NCBI GenBank assembly: GCA_024704765.1
Contig: JAKMXF010000300.1
Span: forward strand, 62,001 to 126,000
DNA length: 64,000 bases
Reading direction: 5' to 3'
Origin: Oopsacas minuta
Lineage: Eukaryota > Animalia > Porifera
Part shown: piece after piece, positions 34,948 to 45,742 of the stretch
How the letters are laid out: every line of letters begins with the position of its first letter
Numbering within the stretch: position 1 is the stretch's first letter
The notes under the pieces: model-generated
What the model saw: the letters and a program-made list of their open reading frames with translations, nothing else
What the model was told of the DNA's origin: nothing
Databases searched by the model: none
Made by a program: the position numbers and the translations under genes

Positions 34948-35208
34948 CAGGGGCGGATTGGGGAATTCAAACGGCCCCCTGGCAAAAGTTCTAAACAAAT
35001 TATGATCTTAAACTCACCAGCCCACCAGCATGGACGTAGCAGCAACAGGATTTTTGAGGTGGCACAGTCTCTAAAATCTATCTAATTTCCCAGAATCCCT
35101 TGTTATAATCAATGTATTCAATAGTTTTTGGTCCCCTGGCGCTACGCCCATCAGCCTATATTGTCACAGGCCCATCGGGCATTTGCCCGGTGGTATTAAG
35201 ATTAATCC
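34948..35208. mobile_element. hAT-like GC-rich MITE/mosaic (CAGGGGCGGATT terminus) upstream of the TRP gene
   Basis: Starts CAGGGGCGGATTGGG and contains GGCCCATCGGGCATTTGCCCGG near the far end. Internal GGACGTAGCAGCAACAGGATTTTGAGG resembles 63634-63662. Confidence 0.5.
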
Positions 35209-35390
35209 AGAAATGCCTAAAATTATTACTATAGTAACCATATCGAGCAAGTCAAAAACATAATTTATCCTAATTATTTTTAGAAAATGCTTGTACATTA
35301 TTTTTGGCCCTTCAGCTAATCCTAAAAGGATAAATTGCTTAAAATATAATTTTAAATAAAGCTCGTATATGGACAAGATTAGATGCAAAA

Positions 35391-36620
35391 TTACGATCCA
35401 AATCCATAAGGAATTTCTTTATCAAAAGGTGTCAAAGCGAGCACTTTGAATCTTTCACCCATGTACTTTTTACTTGTCAAGTATTCATAGCTTTTAATAT
35501 GAATATTTTTCTGTGCTTTGTTAACAGAATTCTTTAGTAATGTTGCAATTCTCTCTCTAATACCCATTCTATGTAAGAATATATTCTGTGTAACAGGTCC
35601 ATATACTGTAACGTATTTATTTGCAATATCTTTTAATGAACCGAAATTTACATCTGCAGTCAAATCAGCTGTTCCAGGATCAAGTAACACATGCCATTCT
35701 TTATGTTTTTTAAAACCACGCAGTGTGAAATTTCGCGATTCTACATCACCGTAGTCAACAAAAATGCAAGAACCAACCTGACTATCCTTCAAATATCTAC
35801 TTATATGTTCTGTTATAGCAATTGATAAGGGATTAATTTCAACCTTTTCAAAAGTAGAATTCTTAAATAAATGAGAATACACAGCTAATGATGTTGTATT
35901 ATACTTAGGAGCTATAAATCTAAGATCGTTATCTTCTCTATCAATCATTATTTCTTTCCATTTACCTTCAGTTCTCACAAACTGGTGAATAGGGAGAGCA
36001 TCGAAGAATTCGTTAGCTACGAAATAGCTAGGTGCTTGGGGCATATCCTTGACAGAACTGTACCAAAATAAAGGTATACCATTTCCTGTGAAACCTGATT
36101 GAATACACAAATCAGGTTTATTCGTATTTTCTGTTTTACATAATCTATTGTATTGTACTTTAGTGAGAAGTTGACTAGTTTCTATCAAGTTTATACAACC
36201 AAATTGGCTATGTACTTTCAATTGAGATATTACCCTGATTATATCATCAGTGAGAGTACCGTTACCTGGACCTAGCTCTACTATTTGTGCCTCTTTAGGT
36301 CTACCTTGTTTTATCCATTCAGAAACCAACCAAACACCAACCAGCTCTCCGAATACCTGTGATACCTCTGGTGACGTAACGAAATCCCCTCTCGCTCCGA
36401 TATTTGGATGAGACGAATAGTAGCCATATCGGGGTGTGTTCAAAGCTTCCTGCATATACTCAAATATTGTTATAGGTCCTGTTGCTTTAATTTTCGAAAT
36501 AATTTTCGACTTTAAATCTGTTTGTAATTGTCTAACATTTAGCTGTAGAACTTTATCACTATGTGGTTGTATTGTATTCCGAATAAGTCCATGTTTAGAT
36601 ATTAGATTCTTGAAAAACAT
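35391..36620 (-). CDS. NDUFAF7: Mitochondrial protein arginine methyltransferase NDUFAF7
   Basis: GDFVTSPEVSQVFGELVG, IVELGPGNGTL, ANEFFDALPIHQF, PGTADLTADVNF, MGERFKVL. Confidence 0.95.
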   Translation of the reverse strand: MFFKNLISKHGLIRNTIQPHSDKVLQLNVRQLQTDLKSKIISKIKATGPITIFEYMQEALNTPRYGYYSSHPNIGARGDFVTSPEVSQVFGELVGVWLVSEWIKQGRPKEAQIVELGPGNGTLTDDIIRVISQLKVHSQFGCINLIETSQLLTKVQYNRLCKTENTNKPDLCIQSGFTGNGIPLFWYSSVKDMPQAPSYFVANEFFDALPIHQFVRTEGKWKEIMIDREDNDLRFIAPKYNTTSLAVYSHLFKNSTFEKVEINPLSIAITEHISRYLKDSQVGSCIFVDYGDVESRNFTLRGFKKHKEWHVLLDPGTADLTADVNFGSLKDIANKYVTVYGPVTQNIFLHRMGIRERIATLLKNSVNKAQKNIHIKSYEYLTSKKYMGERFKVLALTPFDKEIPYGFGS

Positions 36621-37023
36621 AAATGATTGATAAACGTTCTAAGAATCAAATGATGCAATACTAATTAAACCGAGACTACCCTACGTGTGTAGAATATTCT
36701 TATCGTAATTAACAAAACACATATCTTGCTTCGTAATCTAAATATCTTAATTTAGTAAATTAGCATACATAAATCTGCGTAATTACAAAAATATGTTGAA
36801 TATCAAAGAAATATACAATAGAATTCACCCCGGTGGTTACAAGTATCAATAAATGGATTTTCAAATGATGTTATAAAGAAAGAATTTAGATAATTGAACT
36901 GTCAGAATATGGCAAGGCTAGTTGCTAGTGGTTGAACATTACATACGTAAGTAATTGGTAAATGCTAGGAGAACATTTATAAATACAGATTTTGTAAAGA
37001 ATTAATATTCACTGGAGCTTGAT

Positions 37024-39459
37024 ATGCAATACATTTCTGCGCTTTTCATTCTCTCTACAATACAGCTAACGGCTGCGTGTACATTACAATGTTTACAGTT
37101 TCAGCATATTAACGGAGATTACCATGCTAGCTGTGGCTTCACAACAATCGGGAATGCGAGTAAATGCGAGCTTACGGAATTCAATGATGTACTTTTCGAT
37201 GCAAATATTACTCCGTTAATTAAAGTTGTAACCATTCAACTGAATTTTAGAGAAGATGTGACACGAGTAGATCTCCGATTAACGTCTGTACCATTACAGA
37301 AAATTCTTGTAGAAGTAGAGAAAGAGAATTTTAATATCACGATACTTTATCTAGTAGGGAAATTCGAAATACCAGGAAGGAATTGGTTCAAAAACTTCCC
37401 AAACATTAAATTATTAGTACTTCAAAGCGCATTCTTCCCTACAGGAATGCCCATATTCACAGACTTGAAACAAGTAACCAGGATATACAGTGATAAAACA
37501 GAGATAGGAGGGAGTAATCTCGTGATTGGGGAAGATTTCGTGAGTAGACTACATAGCCTAGATTACCTCTACTTCAGGACAGAACGAACTAGCCTTTTAA
37601 GGACTGACAACAATGCTAATATATTCAGAGAATTAACAGCTCTAAGTTACTTAAATCTCTACAGAATATCATTCAGTAATGTAAACCCGAATATCCTGGA
37701 AGAAATGGTTAATCTCAAAGCATTTCTTTCGGTTTCAGCGGAAATATCTGATTTAACGTTTCTCGAACATCCACTAGTGAAATACATTGAGGAAATTAAC
37801 CTTGCATTTAACCGAGTATATTTCATCAACGTTTTCGGGAGATTCAGTAGATTAACAAAATTAGCGCTTTACAGTAACGAAGTTACAAATCTTGTCAGGT
37901 CAGATTTTATGGGAATGAAAGGATTGAAAGAACTTGATTTACAAAGCAATAGAGTTAGAGACATGAATGATGACGTATTCCATGAGTTAAGAGATGTTGA
38001 AAAGATGAACTTAATATCAAACCAAATAACAACAATATCTTCCAAACAATTCGAACATTTGATGCAACTCAGTCTTGTAAGTTTGGATGATAATCTCTTA
38101 ATTTGTGACTGTAAGCTAAAATGGATTGCAGAAATTAACTCACAATACGGAATCGAGTTCGAAGGAGAATGCATTGACTCTGTAAACGCTGGGAAACCAA
38201 TTATAGACCCCACCAATTACGTCACGTGTACGGAAACTTTGTCGCTTGAATGTTTCAACCGTTCAATCACGTGTAGACCAAACTCTCGCTGTGTCAGTTT
38301 TGAAACAACATACACTTGTGTGTGTATAGACGGATATGAGGAAATGAATGGAGAATGTATTGATATAAATGAGTGTGCTAGCGGCAATACAGAGTGTCAG
38401 CACAACTGTACTAATCTACCGGGTACTTATGAGTGCTGTGCACCTGGGTTAAAGTTGGATCATACAGATACGTGTATTGATCAAGATGAATGTTTGGTTG
38501 GTATCGATGGGTGTAGTCAAGAATGTGTGAATACAGCCGGTTCATATTTTTGTGAGTGTAGAGAGGGTTTTGAGCTGTTGAATGATTCTGTGACCTGTGT
38601 AGACATTGATGAGTGTTCTCAATCAGATAATGGATGTGTTTATAGTTGTGCTAACGAGGTAGGATCTTACCAATGCCTTTGTCCAATTGGATATCTGCTA
38701 GATGGTATGACTTGTTATGACGCGAATAATTGTACTTTTGAACATACAGAATGCCAGAGGTATTGCAGTGGGCTTGATGGAGCATTTGTGTGTGTTTGTG
38801 ACGTAGGATTTGTCTATAGTGTTGTTGATGGGATGCAACGTTGTGTAGATATTGACGAGTGTCAAAACCCGCAATTGTGTAACCAAGGCTGTCAGAATAC
38901 ACAAGGAAGCTATGCATGTCTATGTGATGCAGGGAGTAAATATATTCATGAAAATCAAACCTGTGTTGATATAGATGAGTGTAGTGAGGGAATAGATAAT
39001 TGTAACTCTTTAGAAATATGTATAAATGTAGAAGATTCGTATAACTGTGCATGTGTACATGAGTATATTGTAGAGGGAACAGATCAGTGTGGAATTCTAC
39101 CTAGTTATGCAATATACACGATAGTAGGTGGTGTTATAGCTATTATCATTACAATTGCAATGGTTATGTCCATAATTTGTTGTATCGTGATGTTCAATCG
39201 TAAGAGACGTATGAGGAGAATAGAGAAGATGAATAAAGCTATTTATAAAGAAGTTAGTCTACAGAAAGCAGCTAGACACACTACAGCATATGATCCTGTT
39301 ACCTACCTAGATAACGGAGAAAAGGATGAGTCTAGACCATCTACAGCTGCAGAATATGAGAGAATGAATGAATGCCATATTTATGATTCCATTAGGAATA
39401 TTAATGAGAATAATGAGAGTATAGATAGTGGAACTAAGCTTGTGAACTCATTTCATTAG
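37024..39459 (+). CDS. Type I membrane receptor: signal peptide - LRRs - LRRCT - 7 EGF/cbEGF - TM - Tyr-motif tail
   Basis: Hydrophobic N-terminus; LxxLxLxxN repeats; DNLLICDCKLKW LRRCT; repeated VDIDEC...C.N..GSY.C.C; TM YAIYTIVGGVIAIIITIAMVMSIICCIVMF followed by RKRR. Confidence 0.9.
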   Translation: MQYISALFILSTIQLTAACTLQCLQFQHINGDYHASCGFTTIGNASKCELTEFNDVLFDANITPLIKVVTIQLNFREDVTRVDLRLTSVPLQKILVEVEKENFNITILYLVGKFEIPGRNWFKNFPNIKLLVLQSAFFPTGMPIFTDLKQVTRIYSDKTEIGGSNLVIGEDFVSRLHSLDYLYFRTERTSLLRTDNNANIFRELTALSYLNLYRISFSNVNPNILEEMVNLKAFLSVSAEISDLTFLEHPLVKYIEEINLAFNRVYFINVFGRFSRLTKLALYSNEVTNLVRSDFMGMKGLKELDLQSNRVRDMNDDVFHELRDVEKMNLISNQITTISSKQFEHLMQLSLVSLDDNLLICDCKLKWIAEINSQYGIEFEGECIDSVNAGKPIIDPTNYVTCTETLSLECFNRSITCRPNSRCVSFETTYTCVCIDGYEEMNGECIDINECASGNTECQHNCTNLPGTYECCAPGLKLDHTDTCIDQDECLVGIDGCSQECVNTAGSYFCECREGFELLNDSVTCVDIDECSQSDNGCVYSCANEVGSYQCLCPIGYLLDGMTCYDANNCTFEHTECQRYCSGLDGAFVCVCDVGFVYSVVDGMQRCVDIDECQNPQLCNQGCQNTQGSYACLCDAGSKYIHENQTCVDIDECSEGIDNCNSLEICINVEDSYNCACVHEYIVEGTDQCGILPSYAIYTIVGGVIAIIITIAMVMSIICCIVMFNRKRRMRRIEKMNKAIYKEVSLQKAARHTTAYDPVTYLDNGEKDESRPSTAAEYERMNECHIYDSIRNINENNESIDSGTKLVNSFH

Positions 39460-39553
39460 CTGTATTTAGGCCTTAGTAATCTGTAAATGTAGATACATGA
39501 GTTATGTTTGTTTGTTTGTACATTAACATTTACAGTATAGTCCATATATAAAC

Positions 39554-39728
39554 AACAGTCACCTCCCGTTATACCGAACACGGCAAGGATATACCGAAAT
39601 CTGAAATTGTACAAACATGGTCCCAAACTCTCAAAGTAACATGAAATTTATTGGTTAGAGCGAGCTCAGCTGATATCGAAGCAATTATTGTGGTCTCTTG
39701 AGCTTCGATGTAGCAGGAGTTGACTGCA
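39554..39728. mobile_element. pogo/Tigger-like MITE, copy 1 (same family as 53942-54103)
   Basis: acagtcacctcccgttata ... gagcttcga...ggagttgactgca. Shares TCTGAAATTGTACAAA.ATGG..CCAAAC..TCAAAGTAACAT with copy 2. Confidence 0.75.
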
Positions 39729-39762
39729 ATAATATAATTTAAAATATACACCAAAAATTACA

Positions 39763-41130
39763 CTACAATTTGGTAAACTTTGCAATAAAGAATCCAATAG
39801 TATCTTCCATAGAATTAGATACTGATTCATTGTAAATTGTAGGACCAAATCTTCTAACTTTCTCCACAGAGCTCTGATCCAATCCATACCCCAGTAGCCC
39901 ATTCCTACCCATAATCACACCCGCATCAATAAGTATTATTTCTGGCCATTTCCCTAACACCCAAGCTACATTTTCCTCGTTTTCTAACGGATTAATAGAA
40001 CAAGTTGAATATACCATATAGCCCCCTATCTTTAACAGGCGTACTGCTTGAGAGAGGAATTGTCTCTGATACTCATTACAAGATTTTAGTTCTGACATAA
40101 AACATTGTGGTCTGTGACCTAGACCGCTACAAGGTGCATCTACTAATATTTTATCAAAACTTTCTGGTGGATAAGGCGGTAGAGAATCCATTGTTATTTC
40201 CAAAACTGGTTTTTTAATATCACAAGATTTGGTAGAATCGAATTTTATAGTTTTGATACAATTTAGTTGAAAATTGCTAACATTTGCTTGTAATACATCT
40301 ACTCTACTCTGTTTGCAATCTAATGCAATGATAATTCCTTTACCCAACATTTTGAGTGCGGAATGTATCGCCTTACCTCCAGGAGCTGCACACATATCCA
40401 ATATGACGTTACCTGGTTTTGGTGCTAATGATTCGGCGACTAACATTGATGGGAAGTTTTGTAGGTAAATTGTATCTAACATTAAATTATTTAAACTTGG
40501 CGTTTTGTAAATAGGCTCTGTCATTTCAATAGCAAGTCCTTTCTTTACGCCTTCTCCTTTAAAAATCTCCCTACCCATTTTAAGAACTCCATTTCCTAGA
40601 AAAACGAGTGTAAATTTATCTTTTTGTATTTGTGTCATACCGCGTGTACATTTCCCTTCTACATCACAGAACACTGAAACGATATTTCCAATATTAACCA
40701 CATTACTAATCGCCATTATACCTGGCGCATACACATCTGCACCTCTTAAAACAGCCATACCACACTTGTATTCTACTACAATATGTACTGTTGATTCACA
40801 GTGTATTTGGGTTGGATTTCCAATTTGACTTTTCATTAAAATACATTCTGGTACTGAAGGAGATAGTTCAATCGAGTATTCGTATTTAGTTAGTTTTTGC
40901 AGTTGAGCTATCGTATAATCTCTTGAAGTTAATAATGTATTAGTTAGTATGGTAGTGTGTATGGGAGGTGTTGATAGTTGTTGGAGAAAATGAGTGAATA
41001 CTTCTGAGATATTTGATTCTTCTAAATTGTGTTGTTTTAACGTGTGTTGAGTGTAGAGAAGTTTCTTTAAATATTCAGCAAAATCGTGTGTTACTTTAGC
41101 AGGAGGTAGAAGTGATAGTTTACTTGCCAT
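39763..41130 (-). CDS. NSUN6: tRNA (cytosine-C5)-methyltransferase NSUN6 (PUA + RsmB)
   Basis: CGMAVLRGADVYAPG PUA domain; LQNFPS, DMCAAPGGK, ILVDAPCSGLG, VYSTCS, DTIGFFIAKF. Confidence 0.95.
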   Translation of the reverse strand: MASKLSLLPPAKVTHDFAEYLKKLLYTQHTLKQHNLEESNISEVFTHFLQQLSTPPIHTTILTNTLLTSRDYTIAQLQKLTKYEYSIELSPSVPECILMKSQIGNPTQIHCESTVHIVVEYKCGMAVLRGADVYAPGIMAISNVVNIGNIVSVFCDVEGKCTRGMTQIQKDKFTLVFLGNGVLKMGREIFKGEGVKKGLAIEMTEPIYKTPSLNNLMLDTIYLQNFPSMLVAESLAPKPGNVILDMCAAPGGKAIHSALKMLGKGIIIALDCKQSRVDVLQANVSNFQLNCIKTIKFDSTKSCDIKKPVLEITMDSLPPYPPESFDKILVDAPCSGLGHRPQCFMSELKSCNEYQRQFLSQAVRLLKIGGYMVYSTCSINPLENEENVAWVLGKWPEIILIDAGVIMGRNGLLGYGLDQSSVEKVRRFGPTIYNESVSNSMEDTIGFFIAKFTKL

Positions 41131-41846
41131 TGAAAATTCTTAGCTGTATCTACAACTAATTCAGTACGTAAAATTAAATCTTAAAGCATCTTCAATTTGA
41201 AGTATACGTATACACAATTGTTTTTCCTATATCGCTTTAGTATTACGTAATGATTTTAGCATTACATAATGATATTTTGGCTCGCTTGCAAAGCTGTCTT
41301 CTTTACAAACAACACAAAAGACCATTGCAACAGTATTTCATATTTTGTGTTTGTCCCAAACCTTCTAAACCAACAACAGACCCCTGCTCAATTTTCTTTT
41401 GAGTCTATTTTCTTGATTTGAAGTAGATTTTCAGCATTATAAATAGCGTAGGGAGATCCGTCCTATATACCATCGAGCAATAGTGATGAGTATGAAGTCC
41501 GCGATGCTAAATGCTCACAAGTGTTCATATCAAGTGCTGATGTCCCCATATGCCTAAATGCCCAAATTGATTGGCCTATTGGCCAATCATTTGAGGACTC
41601 AGAACAGACAAACCTCACAGCATAGCATTTTGCAAACCTACCTTGAAAAGTTCTCGTGATCAGGAAAACCCTGTATATCAAGAAGATGAAGTTCAGGGAC
41701 AATCGATTTATGGTGAAGTCAAGTAAGACAGCAGCAAGTTTGTTCTTACAAAATATAAATTATACCCAAATTTCAATATTGTAAATTACGTATGAAAACA
41801 ATAATAAGTGATTTAATAACTAATAATAAATCAAAATAAATTTCGA

Positions 41847-43247
41847 TCATTTCCACCCTGAAGAGTATATATCAAGAGGTCTCCGTTTCCTAGATGCAGT
41901 TTTGAGTTGTTCAGCTAGTCTCATATCTCTATGCTTCACAACTAACACACTAACTTTATAGAATAACCTCTTCCCTTCTACATGGAGATGATTAAGCCTA
42001 CCAGTACGTCCAACTCTGTGTAAGTAGTCCAAAGGTCGGCTTGGGAAGTCAAACATAATCACATGCCTAACGTAGATAGTATCAATACCTCGTGACGTAA
42101 TATCAGTACTGATAAGTATGTTATCTTCTTCAGATTGGAATTTATTAATAATAGAGTGTCTTTCGTCATCAGGCATATCTCCATGCAGTTTCATAACATT
42201 AAAATTGTTAGTCGTTAAATGATGGTATAACCATTCAACAGAAACTATTGTGTTACAGAAAATTAGTGTTTTTAATCGCGTATTATTTTTAAGCACGTTT
42301 AATATGGTATCTTCCTTTTCTCCAGGCAAACAGCGATGGAATCTTTGCTCTACATGAGGGAGAACTTTATGTAAACCGTCTGAGCGAATGAATTCCATAT
42401 TTGGCATGTGTGTAAGTATTTCCTTTTTTAGCTCAGGAGCAAGTGAAGCACCTGCTACGATCGCCTGTACACCTTCCTCTGAATCTGATGTACTACGAAT
42501 GTTCAGGGACTTAAGAATGAAATAGTTAATACCACGAAACGACCTGTCAAATAGCGTATCTAACTCGTCAAATACAACATAAGATACATCATTCAAGCTT
42601 ATTGTTTTGTATTTTCTATGTAGGAATAGAGTCATCGGAGTACTTATAAGAATGTCAAAAGGTGTTTGGATTGAGGATTTAAGTTTCGCACCTGCCATGC
42701 CTTTATAAATTGCAATAGGACGAAGTTTCGCGACATGTGAGAGAGATTTCGCGACAGCCAACACCTGTACGCACAACTCAGCTGTTGGCAAAAGGATGAT
42801 AGCACGAGGTCGTGTCTTCTTGGAATGTATTTTAAGTATAGTTTCTTCCTGTTTCAAAAGATGATATATCGGAGCAAGATATGTAATAGTTTTTCCTGAA
42901 CCAGTTTCTGCAGCTAAACACACATTTTCACCCTCAACGATTTTAGGTATCGCCAAAGCTTGTATTTGGCTAGGCTGGGTAATATCAATATTGGTGAGAG
43001 CATCTACAACATCAGTTCTTAAATTGAGCTCACTGAATGTCTTTGGCAATTCTTTCTTGAATCTTTTATTATTAACAGTCATTTGTTTTGATGTAAGTGA
43101 GGGATGTGTTGCTTCTTTGAAGGTTAATTGAGTTTTACTTACTTTTCTTGCGAGATTACACACATTTGTGTGTATACTGCTTTGGTAATGTGAAAGAGAA
43201 ATTCTACTTTTGCAAGTTATCCGTCTCCCAAACGATTTGTAACTCAT
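41847..43247 (-). CDS. DDX28: Mitochondrial DEAD-box RNA helicase, DDX28-like
   Basis: Q motif FSELNL...PSQIQ, AETGSGKT, PTAEL, DELD, TDITSRGID, YLHRVGRTGR. The basic N-terminus resembles a mitochondrial presequence. Confidence 0.8.
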   Translation of the reverse strand: MSYKSFGRRITCKSRISLSHYQSSIHTNVCNLARKVSKTQLTFKEATHPSLTSKQMTVNNKRFKKELPKTFSELNLRTDVVDALTNIDITQPSQIQALAIPKIVEGENVCLAAETGSGKTITYLAPIYHLLKQEETILKIHSKKTRPRAIILLPTAELCVQVLAVAKSLSHVAKLRPIAIYKGMAGAKLKSSIQTPFDILISTPMTLFLHRKYKTISLNDVSYVVFDELDTLFDRSFRGINYFILKSLNIRSTSDSEEGVQAIVAGASLAPELKKEILTHMPNMEFIRSDGLHKVLPHVEQRFHRCLPGEKEDTILNVLKNNTRLKTLIFCNTIVSVEWLYHHLTTNNFNVMKLHGDMPDDERHSIINKFQSEEDNILISTDITSRGIDTIYVRHVIMFDFPSRPLDYLHRVGRTGRLNHLHVEGKRLFYKVSVLVVKHRDMRLAEQLKTASRKRRPLDIYSSGWK

Positions 43248-43414
43248 TTTTTGGCAAAATATCCAAAAATATTAAGTTTGTAGTCCTGTTAACAAAATGT
43301 AGTTAAGATATTTTCTCAATAAAATCACAAATCTAATCTATAATCTCTAATTAATATACGTATTTTGCTAAAATATGTACAGAATTAATACATTTCAAAT
43401 TCCCCAAAAATGTG

Positions 43415-45742
43415 CTAAATCGAAAATTCAGATAATCCGTGTTCAAATTCTTGAGAGAATCCTATACTCTCTTTTATATTCAATACAGCCTGTCCCCACA
43501 TATCCGGGATATAAAGTAGATCCCCTGAATCCTGGGTACAACCTAGATACCCTTTGTCCTCGATAGAATTCAACACGTCATCTCGATACCAGTCGAGAAC
43601 ATGTTGTTTCGAAAAGAACGCTTTATTCGGTGGGAATAAAAACAATCTTCTCTGTCCGTACAAGAGAACGTCCCAGGAATGACTGTGGAAATGTGGTGGA
43701 ACCCCTGATAGAGCAGGACCGATATAAAACTTATAATTCCGCAGATGAATATTCTGTTTGTCAGGTGACAGAATTTCAGGAAGTTTAAAATCTTCAAGAA
43801 GAGCTGAATCATCTGGAATATTCTGGTATATTGAATCAGATGGAAATATTTCTTCTATTAGTAGTTGATTATTTTCTGTAAATATATTAGTCATTTTAAC
43901 CATAAAATCGCTTAATATTAATTCAGTTGTATTGTCCAATGACGTCATAACGACTCCATAGTTTACAGCTTTACTCTGAAAAGTAAGAGAACCAAATTTC
44001 TTTTCCAGATTTTGTCTCTGGAAACTGAGTTTAAGTTTGTTCCTATCTTTCAGAATATTTCTAATTAATACAGGTTTTTGTATTGACAAATAATCAATCA
44101 AGAATCTCTCAGGAGAAATAGTCTCTAACACGTCAATGCCACAACTGTCACTCTTCAAATCATCAGGAATTGCTTGTGGCCCTTCTAGCCATCCACCTAA
44201 TCGGGTAGGCTTACTCGCAACAAATGCTGGCTCTATTAAGCAGCCTCTTGGAATCTTAAGGCCGAGGGCATTAAAGAATTTTTCAGCTGCCCATCGTTGT
44301 TGACAAGCAAGATCTCCAGCTGTCTTCTGGAATAGATCACCAGATGAAAAGTTAAAATCCGTCCGACTAAGATACTTAACTAGATTGAAACTACCATACA
44401 TTGTAGCTATATGTAGACAAGTCTGTCCTAATGCGTTTCTAGCATTCCTATCAGCCCCTGCTGCTACCAACTGATCGAGGAAATTATTAGAATCTAAGCT
44501 ACAAGCTTGTAATAGAGGTGTCCATCCGAATTGATTATTTATGTAAAGTAAAGCTCCTTTGTTTACAAAAGGCTTAACTAAATTCTGTCTCGCTAAACAG
44601 CGTTCTAACACTCTACGAATTACTGTGAGATACAAATTATTGTCTCTTAAAGAATTAAAATCTTTCTCTACTAATTCACAAGCATCATTCATTATCTCAG
44701 AAGCAGAATCAGGACTTCGTAACAGGGCTCTCACCATGCTAATAATATGTGAATTTATTCCTGATGTCAATAACAACAATGACTGTTCTCCTACAACATT
44801 ATAAGCCTCATGTAGCGAACCACGTTCTTGTTTTATGAATTCAAGAATCATAAATCTTTGTAGCTCTACAGCACCTCGTAGAGGTATACCAATTCCGAAA
44901 GAAAACGTAGAATAGTGTAAATGTAACAGCTGATCATCTGGCCATAGAGAAGAGAGAATATCATATGATTGATCAGCTTTTCTAAAATCTCCAGTCTCAA
45001 TGTAACACACAATCATTTGATCTACTATCTGCTTTAAGTCATCTTTATCAAACATTTCTAGTAGAAAAGACTTCTCATCATCTCTAATCATGTATAATTC
45101 ATTCAGCAAAAGAGGCCAGTCAACTACACCCCCTTTATTCTGTAGATAAGCTTCTAAATGAGGGCCAGCTGATTTATACATGTTACGATACATATAGAAT
45201 TCTGATAGACCCTTTCTATAGGAAGCTTCCTTGGGATCTAATTCAACTGCCTCTTCCATCCATATTCTAGCTTCATCATATCTTCCCATTTTTAGTAAAA
45301 CTACTGCCATGTTCCATCTAACTCCTGAGTTATTTGGTTCTTGTATAGCACAAGCAGCCAGTAGGTCAAGAGCTGAATCATACCAATCGACCCCTCTGGT
45401 TACCATGCTACGTGCGTGTAGTAATAATTCGCTACAATTGTAACTTGAGAGTCGTTCTTCAAATTCTTTATCTTTCTCTTTATTAGAAAACTTTCTTCCA
45501 TTAGCAAGGGGTCTAGAATTGTCAGTAGAGAATAGTCTCTGACTATTGGGGTAGAAGAGATATAGGAATATTGCAGAGATGATCAGGATTACGGTTATGA
45601 GCAGAGCATTGCGATAAACTTTGGGGTCTTGTTGTGGTGTAGAAGGTTGTGACTTTTTAGCTTTAGGGGGTTTGTCATCCTTTCGTTGAGAATCCTTAGC
45701 TGTAGTTGATGGTTGAGGTCGCTGTCGAATATTAGAACTCAT
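43415..45742 (-). CDS. Type II membrane protein with TPR, ankyrin and JMJD8-like JmjC (cupin) domains
   Basis: TM ALLITVILIISAIFLYLFY; TPR WNMAVVLLKMGRYDEA...AVELDP; ANK GWTPLLQAC, GQTCLHIA; JmjC GPALSGVPPHFH...WDVLLYGQRRLFLFPP...GDLLYIPDMW. Confidence 0.85.
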   Translation of the reverse strand: MSSNIRQRPQPSTTAKDSQRKDDKPPKAKKSQPSTPQQDPKVYRNALLITVILIISAIFLYLFYPNSQRLFSTDNSRPLANGRKFSNKEKDKEFEERLSSYNCSELLLHARSMVTRGVDWYDSALDLLAACAIQEPNNSGVRWNMAVVLLKMGRYDEARIWMEEAVELDPKEASYRKGLSEFYMYRNMYKSAGPHLEAYLQNKGGVVDWPLLLNELYMIRDDEKSFLLEMFDKDDLKQIVDQMIVCYIETGDFRKADQSYDILSSLWPDDQLLHLHYSTFSFGIGIPLRGAVELQRFMILEFIKQERGSLHEAYNVVGEQSLLLLTSGINSHIISMVRALLRSPDSASEIMNDACELVEKDFNSLRDNNLYLTVIRRVLERCLARQNLVKPFVNKGALLYINNQFGWTPLLQACSLDSNNFLDQLVAAGADRNARNALGQTCLHIATMYGSFNLVKYLSRTDFNFSSGDLFQKTAGDLACQQRWAAEKFFNALGLKIPRGCLIEPAFVASKPTRLGGWLEGPQAIPDDLKSDSCGIDVLETISPERFLIDYLSIQKPVLIRNILKDRNKLKLSFQRQNLEKKFGSLTFQSKAVNYGVVMTSLDNTTELILSDFMVKMTNIFTENNQLLIEEIFPSDSIYQNIPDDSALLEDFKLPEILSPDKQNIHLRNYKFYIGPALSGVPPHFHSHSWDVLLYGQRRLFLFPPNKAFFSKQHVLDWYRDDVLNSIEDKGYLGCTQDSGDLLYIPDMWGQAVLNIKESIGFSQEFEHGLSEFSI

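Noticed and set aside
39569-39754. Minus-strand ORF with kinase-like CTISDFGIS (DFG) motif
   Set aside because: It lies entirely within a MITE that has a second copy at 53942-54103; the motif is coincidental.
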